A stretch of 64,000 bases of DNA from contig CATQHQ010000001.1 of NCBI GenBank assembly GCA_958296005.1, forward strand, positions 200,134 through 264,133, in the 5' to 3' direction. The DNA is from Longimicrobiales bacterium (GTDB lineage: Bacteria; Gemmatimonadota; Gemmatimonadetes; Longimicrobiales; Gaopeijiaceae). Under the pieces are notes generated by a model. The model was given only the letters and a program-made list of their open reading frames with translations. It was not told the origin of the DNA and did no database searches. The stretch's first letter is position 1. Every line of letters starts with the position of its first letter. The translations under genes were made by a program, and so were the position numbers. Positions 40,945 to 52,001 of this stretch are shown here, in pieces.

Positions 40945-43900
40945 ACCTGGTCGAGCGTGTCCCCGTCGTAGAGGCGACCGTTCATCATGACCCGGTCGAT
41001 CGCGTTGGTGTTGCGGATGTCGTCCAACGGGTTGGCGTTCAAGATCACCAAGTCTGCCAGCTTGCCCGCCTCGATCGACCCCAGATCCCGGTCCAGGCCG
41101 AGCGCGTGCGCGCCGATGATCGTGGCCACCCGCAACGCTTCGTGCTCCGTCATGCCGCCCGAATGGGTGGCCCACAGCTCCCAGTGGTAGCCCAGCCCCT
41201 GAAGCTGGCCGTGGCTGCCCACCCCGGCACGGCCCCCCGCCCGCACCAGGTCTCGGACGAACGCCGACACTTGGTCGAAGGTGTGCACCGCCGGATGAAA
41301 CCAGCCGGACGGCCCCGGCCCCGGTCCCGGCCGCCTCAGCGCCTTCTGGTGGATCTCCTCGAAGGGCGTGAAGCGGGCCAGCTTCTCGTCGCCCAGCACG
41401 TCCTCGGTGGCGTAGAAGTAGTTCTCGGCCCACGGTCCGCCGTAGGTGACGAGGATCGTCGGCGTATAGGCCATCGTCGAGCGAGCCACTAGCTCCGTCA
41501 TGTCCGCGTACATGGGGAAGCCCGGCATGTTGTGCTCCATGCCCGAGTAGCCGTCGATCGCCATCGTCATGTTGGCCTTGGTGTCCAGGCCGCCCTCGGT
41601 CGTGGGCATGAGCTTCAGCTCTCGGGCGGCTTGGATGATCCACTGGCGCTGCTCCCTGTTGCCGGCGCCGTACATCTTGATCGTCTTGGTGTCGTAGTAG
41701 TCGCTGTAACGCCGCAGAACGTCCCGGGCGTGGTCCAGGTCGCGGACGTTCTCCGACGAGAAGACGCCGGGGCCCGTCGAGTAGATGCGGGGCGACAAGA
41801 TGCGGCCCGCCCGCACAAGGTCTTCGTAGCTGATGACGTCGGTCGTGCCCGTTTGCGGGTCGCGAGTCGTGGTGACGCCGTAGGCCAAGTTGGCCGCATA
41901 GGACCACGGCTGGCTGCGGTGAATGTTGATCTGGGCGCGCAAGTGAGCGTGGGTGTCCACGAAGCCGGGCACGATCGTCTTGCCGGAAAGGTCGATCACT
42001 TCGGCGTCCGCGGGCAACGCCGTGGCGCCGGTTGGGGCGACGGCGAGGATTCGGTTGTTCTCGACGACCACGTCGCCGCGCTCCAGCACCTCGTCCCCGG
42101 CCATCGTGATCACCCGTGCACCCGAGAGCACGACGGTCCCTTGGGGAACGTCCCTCGGAACCTGAACGCGAATGCGCGCTTCGGCGGGCCGGTAGCGCGC
42201 GTCGGCGTCCTCGACGGCCACCGAGTCGGCGGATCCGCCTTGATCAAGGTCGCCGTCAGGGTTCTCGGCCGCCGCCAGCGAGTCCTCGAAGGCTTTGGCC
42301 GCGTCCAGGTCGTACGCCAAGTGGGCGTTGCCAAGGGTCCAGTGGACGGTTCGGCCGTCGCTGCTCCACGCCGGGAACTCGCCGCCGACCTCGGTGAGCT
42401 GCCGGGCAGGCGTGGCCGCGTTCGCCGGATCGCCGACGTTGATCGTGGGAACATCGCCTCCGGTGCGGGGCACCGTCACCGCGTACAAATGGTGGAAGAC
42501 CCGTGCGAACGCTTGGTCGCCACGGGGCGCCATCTTGACGAGCGATGCTGGCGGGGAACTGCTTGAACCTGGCGGCCCCTTGCCCACGACCTTGACGTGC
42601 TGCTTGCGGTCGGTGCCGTCCCAACGGAACGACACGAGGCCGTCTTGGGCGTTGTAGGCGTAGATGCGGTCAGGGTCGCCGGCGAAGTGCGGCCCACGAT
42701 GCTCGGCGGGTCCTATGACCGTTGCGTCGCCGCCTTCAGCGGGGATCCATACGAAGTCGGCGGCGCCCCCTGGGACGCCTCGCACCAGCGCTTCGTCGTA
42801 GGCGCGCCCGGGGCCGCGGATCGCTACGATGCGAGTTCCGTCGGGCGACCAGACCGGCTCGTTGTACAGAGCGGGCACCGTAGTCAGCCGCTGGGCCTCG
42901 CCGCCTGCCGACGCTACCCGGTAGATGTGTCCGCCGACGGCGTCGTCCCAGGTGGCGTAGGCGATCCACTCTCCGTCCGGGGACCACGCCGGCATGTGTT
43001 CGTTGACGCTGTCGTCCGAATCCGTCAGCCGCTCCGGCGTTCCGTCGGGCCACGCCACGACGTACGCCTTGGACAAGAGCGAGAACGCGATCCTGTTCCC
43101 TGAGGGGGACGGAACCGCATCGCGAACCTGCTTTGCCACGAAGGACTCGGTGTCTTCGACGGGGTAGTCGAAGTCCACTTCGGGACCGATCGCCATCTCC
43201 AGCTCGACCCGAAACGGGATCGCCGCCGGCTCGCCGCCGTCCACGGGGATCCGCCAGAGGCCGCCGCCGTAATACGCCACGACAGCCTTCGAGTCGGGGG
43301 TGAAGGACATGCCGGGGTAGGCATCGCGCGTGGCCCGGGACTCCTGGTCGTCGCGCTGGACGGGGAATGCCAGCCAGCGTTCGTCGCCAGTGTCGAGCTC
43401 ACGGATGCGCAAGCCGGTCTGGCCGACGTGGCGCGACCCGTAGACCAGCCATCGACCGTCGGGGCTCAACGTGGGTCGGAACGCACCGCCGTAGCGGGAC
43501 GAGCGCGTGAACGATTCGCCGGTCTCCCGGTCGTAGACGGCCAGCTGGTACTGGCGCATCCCCGAGTTGTACTCCCAGCTGCCGGTTCGGTAGGCGTACC
43601 AGACGTAGCGGTCGTCGCCGCCGAACGCCGCTCCGGTCGTGCGTCGGTTCTCGGGCTCGTCGATCAGCTGTATGCCCGAGCCGCCGTCCACATGGTACAT
43701 CCACAGCTTGCCTTGCCCGGGGCTTTGCTTGGTGGCCACCACATACTTGCCGTCGGGCGTCCACTCCGGCGACTGGTAGGCGCTCGACTTCCCCTTCGTG
43801 ACCTGAACCGTGTCGCTCTTGTCCAGCGCGACGACATGGATTGCTTCGCCGCCGCTGCGGTCGGACGTGAACGCCACCCGGGTCCCGTCGGGGCTGAAGC

Positions 43901-44237
43901 GCGGCTGGCCGTCGAAGGCCATTCCCTGGGTGAGGGGCGTGGCTGTGCCGCCCTCGATCGGCAACGTGTAGAGGTCTCCGAGAAAATCGAAGACCAGGGT
44001 TGTGCCATCGGGGCTTACGTCCACCGACATCCACGAGCCTTCGGTAAAGGAGGCGGCAAAGGTTCGCCCGGGCGCCAACGGAAGGCCCTCTTGGGCTGGA
44101 TGGGACTCGGCGTCGTCTTCTTGCTGAACGGGCAAGGGCTTCGCGGCGGCGGCGTGCGACGGCCGGGCGCCCGCCAAAGCCGACGCGGCGACGGCCAGAA
44201 CCAGGCCTCGCGCCGTCGTCCACCAAACCGTCCTCAT
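40869..44237 (-). CDS. secreted TolB-like beta-propeller(s) fused to an amidohydrolase domain
   Basis: Signal peptide. Repeated 'SPDG(T/K/R)' propeller blades. C-terminal metal-dependent hydrolase motifs 'IVPGFVDTHAHL', 'GVGSHGQ', 'GSIEAGKLADLVIL'. Confidence 0.88.
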   Translation of the reverse strand: MRTVWWTTARGLVLAVAASALAGARPSHAAAAKPLPVQQEDDAESHPAQEGLPLAPGRTFAASFTEGSWMSVDVSPDGTTLVFDFLGDLYTLPIEGGTATPLTQGMAFDGQPRFSPDGTRVAFTSDRSGGEAIHVVALDKSDTVQVTKGKSSAYQSPEWTPDGKYVVATKQSPGQGKLWMYHVDGGSGIQLIDEPENRRTTGAAFGGDDRYVWYAYRTGSWEYNSGMRQYQLAVYDRETGESFTRSSRYGGAFRPTLSPDGRWLVYGSRHVGQTGLRIRELDTGDERWLAFPVQRDDQESRATRDAYPGMSFTPDSKAVVAYYGGGLWRIPVDGGEPAAIPFRVELEMAIGPEVDFDYPVEDTESFVAKQVRDAVPSPSGNRIAFSLLSKAYVVAWPDGTPERLTDSDDSVNEHMPAWSPDGEWIAYATWDDAVGGHIYRVASAGGEAQRLTTVPALYNEPVWSPDGTRIVAIRGPGRAYDEALVRGVPGGAADFVWIPAEGGDATVIGPAEHRGPHFAGDPDRIYAYNAQDGLVSFRWDGTDRKQHVKVVGKGPPGSSSSPPASLVKMAPRGDQAFARVFHHLYAVTVPRTGGDVPTINVGDPANAATPARQLTEVGGEFPAWSSDGRTVHWTLGNAHLAYDLDAAKAFEDSLAAAENPDGDLDQGGSADSVAVEDADARYRPAEARIRVQVPRDVPQGTVVLSGARVITMAGDEVLERGDVVVENNRILAVAPTGATALPADAEVIDLSGKTIVPGFVDTHAHLRAQINIHRSQPWSYAANLAYGVTTTRDPQTGTTDVISYEDLVRAGRILSPRIYSTGPGVFSSENVRDLDHARDVLRRYSDYYDTKTIKMYGAGNREQRQWIIQAARELKLMPTTEGGLDTKANMTMAIDGYSGMEHNMPGFPMYADMTELVARSTMAYTPTILVTYGGPWAENYFYATEDVLGDEKLARFTPFEEIHQKALRRPGPGPGPSGWFHPAVHTFDQVSAFVRDLVRAGGRAGVGSHGQLQGLGYHWELWATHSGGMTEHEALRVATIIGAHALGLDRDLGSIEAGKLADLVILNANPLDDIRNTNAIDRVMMNGRLYDGDTLDQVWPDSVPAGPFYWQREQPPRTVPDP

Positions 44238-47200
44238 CGGAGCCGTGGAACGCCGCGAGAGAGCACGCGGTAGTACTCCTCCACCAAGGCGCGGTACTCA
44301 TCGGGCACGTCGCCGGAGGGGCGCATGAGGAGTTGCTCTTCGCCGGCAGCGGCAAGTTCCCGGCGCAAGCGGAACTCGATCTGCTTCATCCCGTCCACGA
44401 GCTCGCTGCGCAGGCGCATCACCTCTTCCGGGTCGGAGTAGGTGCGGTCGCGGTCGAGGGCGCGCATGGCGGCGATCATCGCCTCCAGCTCGGACGGGTC
44501 GGCGCCTGCCCGCTCCATCAGCTCCGCCAAAGCCCGAGCCTCCCCGGCGCGCTCGCGAACCTCCCGGCGCATCCGCCGGACGTCGTCGGTGTCGAACGGG
44601 CCAACGGGTCCCCGGGGGCCGCTCCCGCGGGCGCCCCCGTTGATCGCGGGTCCGCCTTGGTTTTGGCCGCCCGCCCGGTCCTGGTTTCCTTGGCCCTGTT
44701 CGCCTTGCTCGCCCCCTTCGCCTTGCCCCTGCCTCCGCTCCATCGACTCCAGGCTGCGCACCAAGTCGCGGGCCGACTCCAGCGCTTCCTCCCGGGGGTC
44801 GTCGCCTGCCGGGGCGCTGATCGCCTCGGCGGCCTCCTCGAGTCGGTTCTGCAACGACTGGATCGCCTGGGAGGTCTGGTTCTCGAACGCCTTCGCGTAC
44901 TCCTCCTGGTCAGGCCGGCCCACCAAGCCGCGGGAGTACAGCAGCCGCTCTCTCAGCTGGGTGTCTCGGATCGTCTCGGCGGCTTCATCGAGCTCGTCCG
45001 CCCCCGTCCTGCCGTCGCGACGGGCCTGGGCGGCCGCCCGGTCGAGCTTCTGCAGAACCTCCTCGGTCCGCTCGGCCATCGATGCCTTGACGTCGTTGAT
45101 GCGGCCGATCTGGTCTGCCGACGGACGGCCCGCCCGGCGCATCGCCTCCAACCGGTTGTCCACGTCCCGTTGCTGACGCTGCAACTCGGCAGTCTGCCGG
45201 CGGGCGTCGGCCACGTCCCGCTCCAGGCGGTCGTCGCGAGCGTCCTCGAGCTGCTCCCGGGCATCCCGCAACCGACGAAGCGCCGACTGGGCTTCGGCAA
45301 CTCCTGCGCTGCCTCGGTTGGCGGCGGCCCGGCGCATGTCGTCAGCAGCTTGCTGAAGCTGTCGCGAGACGTCTTCCAGGCTCCGGTCGCCGGCTTCTCG
45401 CGAAAGGCGCTCCAACCTCCGCGCTGCTTCTTCGGCTTCGTCGGCCAGCTGCCGAGCCGCTTCGCCGCCGCCGGCACCGGTCGCATCCCCCTGCTGGGCC
45501 GCCGCCCGCCGCCTCTGCCGCTCCAGTTCCTGCTCCTGACGGCGCGCCAGCTCGCGGAGCTTCTCCAGCGACTCGTCCACCGCCTGGTCGGCGCTCTGCT
45601 GGCGGCTCTGCTGAACGGTCTCGTACTGGTTGCGCAGCTGGTCCGTCTCCAACTCGAAGAGGTCGGCCAAGTCTTCGGCGCTGGGGCTGCCGCCGCCACC
45701 TCCACCCCCTCCTCCCTGCTGCTGCTCCATGGAGACGAAGCGCTCGTAGGTCTCCTCGGCCTTTTGCAGCTCCCGCAACGCCCGCTGCTCCGGCCCTATT
45801 GCGCCATCGGGGGCCAGCGCGCGCAACGAGTCTTCGGCCTCCTGCATCGCTTCCACCGCACGGGGCAGCGTCTCGGCGATCCGCTGGAAGGACTCGTCGG
45901 CACCTGTGATCCCCCGGTTCACGATCCGCTGGGCCAGCGTCTCCACCTGCTCCCGCAGCCGCTGTTGGCTGAGGGCGATGCTGATCACGTTCTCCTCCCA
46001 CGCCTCCGGTGCGTAGCTCTTCCGGTCGCGCACGAGGTTGAAGCTGGCGGCGATAATCTGGCGCTGGAGCCGCGACAGGTCTTCCTCCATCCCTCCCCCT
46101 TCTCCTCCACCGCCTCCGCCGCCGCCTGCCGGTGCCTCTCTGAAGTCGCGACGGAAGGGCCGCACCTGCAGAAAGTAGATGTCCGTCAGCGCCTCGTTGG
46201 GGACCGGCGCGTTGTCTCTGGCGACGCCGTGGTATGCGACCAGATCGCCCGTCTCCAGCTCCAGCTCTTCCATGAAGACGACATGGCTCGCCGTCACCTC
46301 CGCCATCGGCGCGCCCGTCGAGCCATGAATGCGCACGGTGTCCGGCGGTCCGCCGTTGACCGACGCGATCCATAAGACTTCAGCGACCCCGATGTCGTCG
46401 TCGGCCCGAGCCTCGATGAACACCTCCTCGATCGAGCTGACCTCGGTGTCGCGCCCCGGCTTGCTGAACGAGATCGACGGCCCCTGGTCCGCCAGCACGT
46501 CGATCCGGTAGTCGGGTGCGCCCGCCACCCACGTGCCTTCGGCGGTCCGAAACTCGATCCCGTAGAAGCCTTGGCGGGCGAGTCGGAACGAGCCCTGGAA
46601 CGAGGACGCGACCTGGAGAGCGTCTTCCTCTCCGGCCGGGACGCCGGCCGCGGGGGTCTCCAACGGCGACATCGGTATTGTGTCGCCCGAATCCATCACC
46701 AAGCGGGCCGCCGGGGCCGACAGCGTAGGCGTGACCGTCAGCACCACCGTGGTTCCGGCCAGCGCGGCCACGTCGCCGCCGTACTCGAAGTGGCGAGGGG
46801 CAAGACCGGAGTAGGCGGGAAAGCGGTACTCCATCGCTAGGCGGTCCACTGCCGGAAGATCGGCGACGCCCAGCGTGAACGTGCCGGAGCGGACCCCGCT
46901 GGACTCGACGTAGTACCGGGTCTCGTCGGCCACGTTGAGGAGCAGCCCGTCGAAAGCCCCGGTTCCCGTTGCGATCATGGGCATTACCGACCAGCCGCTC
47001 TCTCCCGCTTCCCGCATGAACAGCACCACATCGTCGGAGTCGAAGCCCCGGAGCACCGCGGAGACTACAAGGTCCGAGTTGCGGGAGATCGTCGTGTCGC
47101 CCGGGCTCACCGAGACGCTGTACGGGTTGACCGTTTCCGCGGCGCGGGCAGGGAAGAAGAGCGCCGAGGAGGCGTGGCGGAAGAAGCCGGGGCCGAGGAA

Positions 47201-47734
47201 CACAAGCGCGAACGACGCCAGCGCCAGCCCGCCCAGCGCGCCCGAGGAGCGTCGGATGGCCGATCTCTCTATTGACTTGCCGTGGTCGATCCGACGGCAC
47301 CGCTCCACGGCCCGCTCCACGACCGCTTCCAGCAGCTCCGTGCGGGCCGGAGCGCCCGGGCGAACCGTCTCGACCGCCGTCAGCACCCCCGACTTGAGGG
47401 AGGGCTCGTGCTCCTCCAAGTAGAGCGCCACCCGGTCGTCGGAGATCGGGCGAAGCAACGGCCAAGCGACCCACCGCGCCAGGAGGCCCGCCACGACCAG
47501 CCACAGGACGACTCGAAACGCCGTCACGGCCTCCGGCTGGAAGCGCAATACCTCCAAGCTGGAGGCGGAAAGAAGGAAGGTGAGGAGCGCGCCCGCCATC
47601 GTCAGGGCGAGCCCACGGAGGAGAAGCTTGACGCGCCAGCGACGGCGCACGCGCCCGACGATGCGGCGAATCTCGGCGGAGGCCCGAAGCTCGCGTCCGG
47701 TCTTGGTGGGTTTGGCTCGGTCCATAGCCATCAA
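44234..47734 (-). CDS. large membrane-anchored coiled-coil protein (DUF4175-like), Bat/MoxR-cluster associated
   Basis: N-terminal TM pair ('LLLRGLALTMAGALLTFLLSA', 'VLWLVVAGLLARWVAW'). Long Arg/Glu-rich coiled-coil C-half. Two poly-Gly runs. Its stop overlaps the downstream start by 4 nt. Family name is from memory of similar Bat-cluster proteins. Confidence 0.65.
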   Translation of the reverse strand: MMAMDRAKPTKTGRELRASAEIRRIVGRVRRRWRVKLLLRGLALTMAGALLTFLLSASSLEVLRFQPEAVTAFRVVLWLVVAGLLARWVAWPLLRPISDDRVALYLEEHEPSLKSGVLTAVETVRPGAPARTELLEAVVERAVERCRRIDHGKSIERSAIRRSSGALGGLALASFALVFLGPGFFRHASSALFFPARAAETVNPYSVSVSPGDTTISRNSDLVVSAVLRGFDSDDVVLFMREAGESGWSVMPMIATGTGAFDGLLLNVADETRYYVESSGVRSGTFTLGVADLPAVDRLAMEYRFPAYSGLAPRHFEYGGDVAALAGTTVVLTVTPTLSAPAARLVMDSGDTIPMSPLETPAAGVPAGEEDALQVASSFQGSFRLARQGFYGIEFRTAEGTWVAGAPDYRIDVLADQGPSISFSKPGRDTEVSSIEEVFIEARADDDIGVAEVLWIASVNGGPPDTVRIHGSTGAPMAEVTASHVVFMEELELETGDLVAYHGVARDNAPVPNEALTDIYFLQVRPFRRDFREAPAGGGGGGGGEGGGMEEDLSRLQRQIIAASFNLVRDRKSYAPEAWEENVISIALSQQRLREQVETLAQRIVNRGITGADESFQRIAETLPRAVEAMQEAEDSLRALAPDGAIGPEQRALRELQKAEETYERFVSMEQQQGGGGGGGGGSPSAEDLADLFELETDQLRNQYETVQQSRQQSADQAVDESLEKLRELARRQEQELERQRRRAAAQQGDATGAGGGEAARQLADEAEEAARRLERLSREAGDRSLEDVSRQLQQAADDMRRAAANRGSAGVAEAQSALRRLRDAREQLEDARDDRLERDVADARRQTAELQRQQRDVDNRLEAMRRAGRPSADQIGRINDVKASMAERTEEVLQKLDRAAAQARRDGRTGADELDEAAETIRDTQLRERLLYSRGLVGRPDQEEYAKAFENQTSQAIQSLQNRLEEAAEAISAPAGDDPREEALESARDLVRSLESMERRQGQGEGGEQGEQGQGNQDRAGGQNQGGPAINGGARGSGPRGPVGPFDTDDVRRMRREVRERAGEARALAELMERAGADPSELEAMIAAMRALDRDRTYSDPEEVMRLRSELVDGMKQIEFRLRRELAAAGEEQLLMRPSGDVPDEYRALVEEYYRVLSRGVPRLR

Positions 47735-47828
47735 CCTACGACATGGTCAGCTGAGACGGTTCAACTGCGACCTGCAAGCAAACCATCCTATCCGAGGTGG
47801 GATTCGTCGGGCAAGCGAGGCGGGGGGA

Positions 47829-50000
47829 TCAAGCGGGTCCCGGTCCTGCGGCGCCCCCGCGCCGCGCCTCCTTGAACCGGGACAGACGGTTGGCCAGGAT
47901 CGTCTCCGAGACGATCAGCAGGAACACGGTCGCCAAGAGGTACCGCCAGAAGGACTGGCGCTTCTCGAACTCCGCCGCCTGGACGTCCAGGGACGCGGTT
48001 GCGGCGTCGGCGGCCGGGGCGTCCGGGCCGGTCCTTCCAGCCGCTTCGGCTTCGTCCGCCGCCAGCCCACCACCGATCGCTCCTACGAACTCCTCCAGGT
48101 CCAGCCTCGACAGGTCGGATTCGGCCAGGTTCACGTTGACGGCCAAGGCCATGGGGTTCGCCGGTCGCTGTCCCGGAGGCCGGATCTCCCAGATGCCGTG
48201 AGCGTCCAGCGTCAGCAGGGGCACCGTTGGATCAAAGGAAACAGAGCCGCCGCCCGGCTCCATCGCCACGGCGTCGGTGGGAACCTCCAGCGAGCCCATA
48301 GCCTCCGCCAGCTCGGCCAAGTTGACGGTGGTGCCCGCCGAGTGCCACGCCGGAAGATCGCTCCGGCCGCCCAGGTAGCGGGCCATTCGGTGGACGAACG
48401 GCAGGTAGACGGGGTGCAGCGGCAGGTCGTTCCAGAAGCGGTCCAAGCCCGTGGCCCAGATGAGGACCCGTCCTTCGCCGCGCCGCCCCTCCACCAGGGC
48501 CGGCGAACCGTCGTCGAAGCGTGCGAGCACGCGGCCGTCGGTGGGGTCGAGAGCCCGGCTGCGGAAGAAGGCGGCGCGCGAGAAGTCGCCGGAGCGCGCT
48601 CCCTGAAACGCCTCGAAGACGGCGTGATCGTAGTCCACGAAGCCGAGACGCCGCTGCTCGCCGACGGCATCGGACGTGCCTCCGACGGCGGCGGGCAGAA
48701 ACTCCGCGTGGACCGACGGTATCCGGGTTCGTTCGCCGAGAACGACGAGCAGCCCGCCTCCGTCCTCCACGAAGTCGCGCAGACGGGCGCCGGAATCGCC
48801 GCCGGGAAACGGTCCGCCGTTCACTACGACGACGTCTTGATCGGCCAACGCGGCATCGGTCGGCACCCCCCGGACGACGCGGGTCGCGAACCCGGCCCCT
48901 TCGGCTATTCCCAAGGCGCCGCGCAGGTACAAGTTGGATTCGCCGTCTCCCAGGGGGTCCACGATCAGCACGTTCAGGTCGCCCCCGGGCGAAGTCACGA
49001 AGTGCAGCGTGTTGTCGGCCTGCAACGCGTTGTCGGAGAAGCGGAGCTCGCCCCGGGTGAAGGGGTTGGTCAGGGTGAAGGGATCGAAGGCGACGGGCGC
49101 GGTTCCGCCGGAGGGCACGACGACCAACGCGCGGCCCACTTCGGTGTCGTCGACGAGCAAGGCGACTTCGGCGGCGATCTCCGCCGGAGGATCGGCGGCT
49201 GATCCGGAGCTGCCAGCCCCGACGTTGCCCGTTGCCGCCAGCCGGGCCCTCACCGAGACTCGCTCCCTCCCTCCCGCGGTCGTCTCCCCACCCAGCTCCA
49301 GCCCCCCGAGCGCCAGGTTGGTCGACCCCGCGTTCTCGTCGCCGACCACAAGAGTCTCGACGGCCGTGCCTTCGGGAAGCGCTGCATCTTGGTCGGGCCG
49401 CCACCCGGTGCGCTGGAAGTCGCTGACGATCACGGCACGACGCCGGGGAAGCTGGGACGCCTCCAGCACCGAGGCCGCCAGCTTCACAGCCGGCGCCAGC
49501 CGAGTCGCCAGGGAGCTCGTCTCCAGCGTGTCCAGGGACTCGGCGACGCGCCTGGGTTCGGCAGCGGAGCGGTGTAGCAGGAGAGGCGTCTCGTCAAAGG
49601 CGATCAGGGAAACGCGATCCCCCGGTCCCTGTGCCTCTACGACCGATCTGGCCATTGACACGCCCCGTTCCCAGTGGTCGGCCAGCTCCATGGAGTACGA
49701 GCGATCCAAGAGAACGACGACCTCTTCGGGACCCGGGCCTCCCACCGCCGCCAACCGCCCTCCCCGCGCGAACGGGCGCGCGAACGCGAAGACCATCAGC
49801 GCCAGCGCAGCAAGTCGGATCAGCAGCAGCACGAGGTGGCGAAGGCGTCTGCGGGAGGTCGCTCGAAACGGAATCCGCTCCAGAAACATGAGCGACGGGA
49901 ACGACAAGGGCTTGCCCCGCTCGTTGCGGGTGAGGTGGATCAGCACGGGTATCGCCAAGCCGGCCAGTCCGACGAGGAAGAGCGGGGCGAGGAAGCTCAT
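47829..50000 (-). CDS. BatA-domain (aerotolerance N-terminal double-TM) + VWA domain protein
   Basis: 'MSFLAPLFLVGLAGLAIPVLIHL' (BatA_N). MIDAS 'VVVLLDRSYSM'. C-terminal TM. Overlaps the DUF58 stop by 4 nt. Confidence 0.88.
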   Translation of the reverse strand: MSFLAPLFLVGLAGLAIPVLIHLTRNERGKPLSFPSLMFLERIPFRATSRRRLRHLVLLLIRLAALALMVFAFARPFARGGRLAAVGGPGPEEVVVLLDRSYSMELADHWERGVSMARSVVEAQGPGDRVSLIAFDETPLLLHRSAAEPRRVAESLDTLETSSLATRLAPAVKLAASVLEASQLPRRRAVIVSDFQRTGWRPDQDAALPEGTAVETLVVGDENAGSTNLALGGLELGGETTAGGRERVSVRARLAATGNVGAGSSGSAADPPAEIAAEVALLVDDTEVGRALVVVPSGGTAPVAFDPFTLTNPFTRGELRFSDNALQADNTLHFVTSPGGDLNVLIVDPLGDGESNLYLRGALGIAEGAGFATRVVRGVPTDAALADQDVVVVNGGPFPGGDSGARLRDFVEDGGGLLVVLGERTRIPSVHAEFLPAAVGGTSDAVGEQRRLGFVDYDHAVFEAFQGARSGDFSRAAFFRSRALDPTDGRVLARFDDGSPALVEGRRGEGRVLIWATGLDRFWNDLPLHPVYLPFVHRMARYLGGRSDLPAWHSAGTTVNLAELAEAMGSLEVPTDAVAMEPGGGSVSFDPTVPLLTLDAHGIWEIRPPGQRPANPMALAVNVNLAESDLSRLDLEEFVGAIGGGLAADEAEAAGRTGPDAPAADAATASLDVQAAEFEKRQSFWRYLLATVFLLIVSETILANRLSRFKEARRGGAAGPGPA

Positions 50001-50920
50001 CGGACCCTGGTCGTCTTCTGGCGGAACACCAAGTAGGAGTGCAGCGCCCGGTCCAGCGGCTCCGACGTGTTCAGCAGGACGTAGTCGACGCCGTGCCGGC
50101 CCAGCATCTCCCGCATCGCGGCTATGTGCTCGCTCATCCGTTCACGGTACTCGGCGGCGAAGTTGTCCGGTGCCACCGGCAGGACCCGTCGCGTCTCCAC
50201 GTCCTGAAAGTTGGCGACCTCCGAGAAGGGGAAGTCGATCTCCGCCGAGTCCAGGACGTGGAACGCCACGACGTCGTGGCCTTGTACGCGGAAGTAGCCC
50301 AGCGCCGTTGCCACCGATTCCGGCTCGTCGTAGAAGTCCGAGGCGACCACCAGGATGCCCCGCCGCCGAAAGGTGTTCGCCACCCGCGACAAGGGGCGAT
50401 CCCAGCTTCCTTCCCCACCAGCCGCAACTCGTGCAACGGCATGCAGGACCCTGTCGAGATGGGCTGCGGACGGTCGCACGTGCTCCACCACGTCGTCGTC
50501 GAAGGCGTAAAGTCCCACACGGTCCTTGTGGCCGGCAGAGAACCACGCCAAGCACGCGATCAGGTAGCGCGCGTAGTCCAGCTTGCTGACGGCCGCCGGG
50601 CGACGGCTCGACGACTCCGACCGGTAGCCCATCGACGCCGACACGTCCAGCAGAAACCCCACGTCGGCGTTGGTCTCGGCTTCGTACTGCTTGATGTGAA
50701 AGCGGTCGGTGCGGGCGTAGAGCCGCCAGTCGATCCGCCGGATGTCGTCGCCGGGCATGTAGGGGCGGTGCTCGGCGAAGTCCATGCTCGCCCCAAGGTA
50801 GGGAGATCGGTGTATCCCTTGCAGGAAGCCGTCCACCACCGTCCGCGCCAGCAGTTGCAGGTTGTCGATCCGGGCCAGGACCGCCGGGTCCAGAAACGAC
50901 GTCCGGGAGTCGGCGTCCAC
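49997..50920 (-). CDS. DUF58 domain protein (VWA-like, MoxR partner)
   Basis: 'GIHRSPYLGASMDFAEHRPYMPGDDIRRIDWRLYARTDRFHIKQYEAE', 'LLDVSASM'. Confidence 0.92.
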   Translation of the reverse strand: MDADSRTSFLDPAVLARIDNLQLLARTVVDGFLQGIHRSPYLGASMDFAEHRPYMPGDDIRRIDWRLYARTDRFHIKQYEAETNADVGFLLDVSASMGYRSESSSRRPAAVSKLDYARYLIACLAWFSAGHKDRVGLYAFDDDVVEHVRPSAAHLDRVLHAVARVAAGGEGSWDRPLSRVANTFRRRGILVVASDFYDEPESVATALGYFRVQGHDVVAFHVLDSAEIDFPFSEVANFQDVETRRVLPVAPDNFAAEYRERMSEHIAAMREMLGRHGVDYVLLNTSEPLDRALHSYLVFRQKTTRVR

Positions 50921-50927
50921 GCCCCGG

Positions 50928-51953
<1,026 letters not shown>

Positions 51954-52001
51954 GGGGTCGTCTCGTCGTTTCTTGAGTTGAGGGCGGCGCGCGCCCGGCG
52001 G

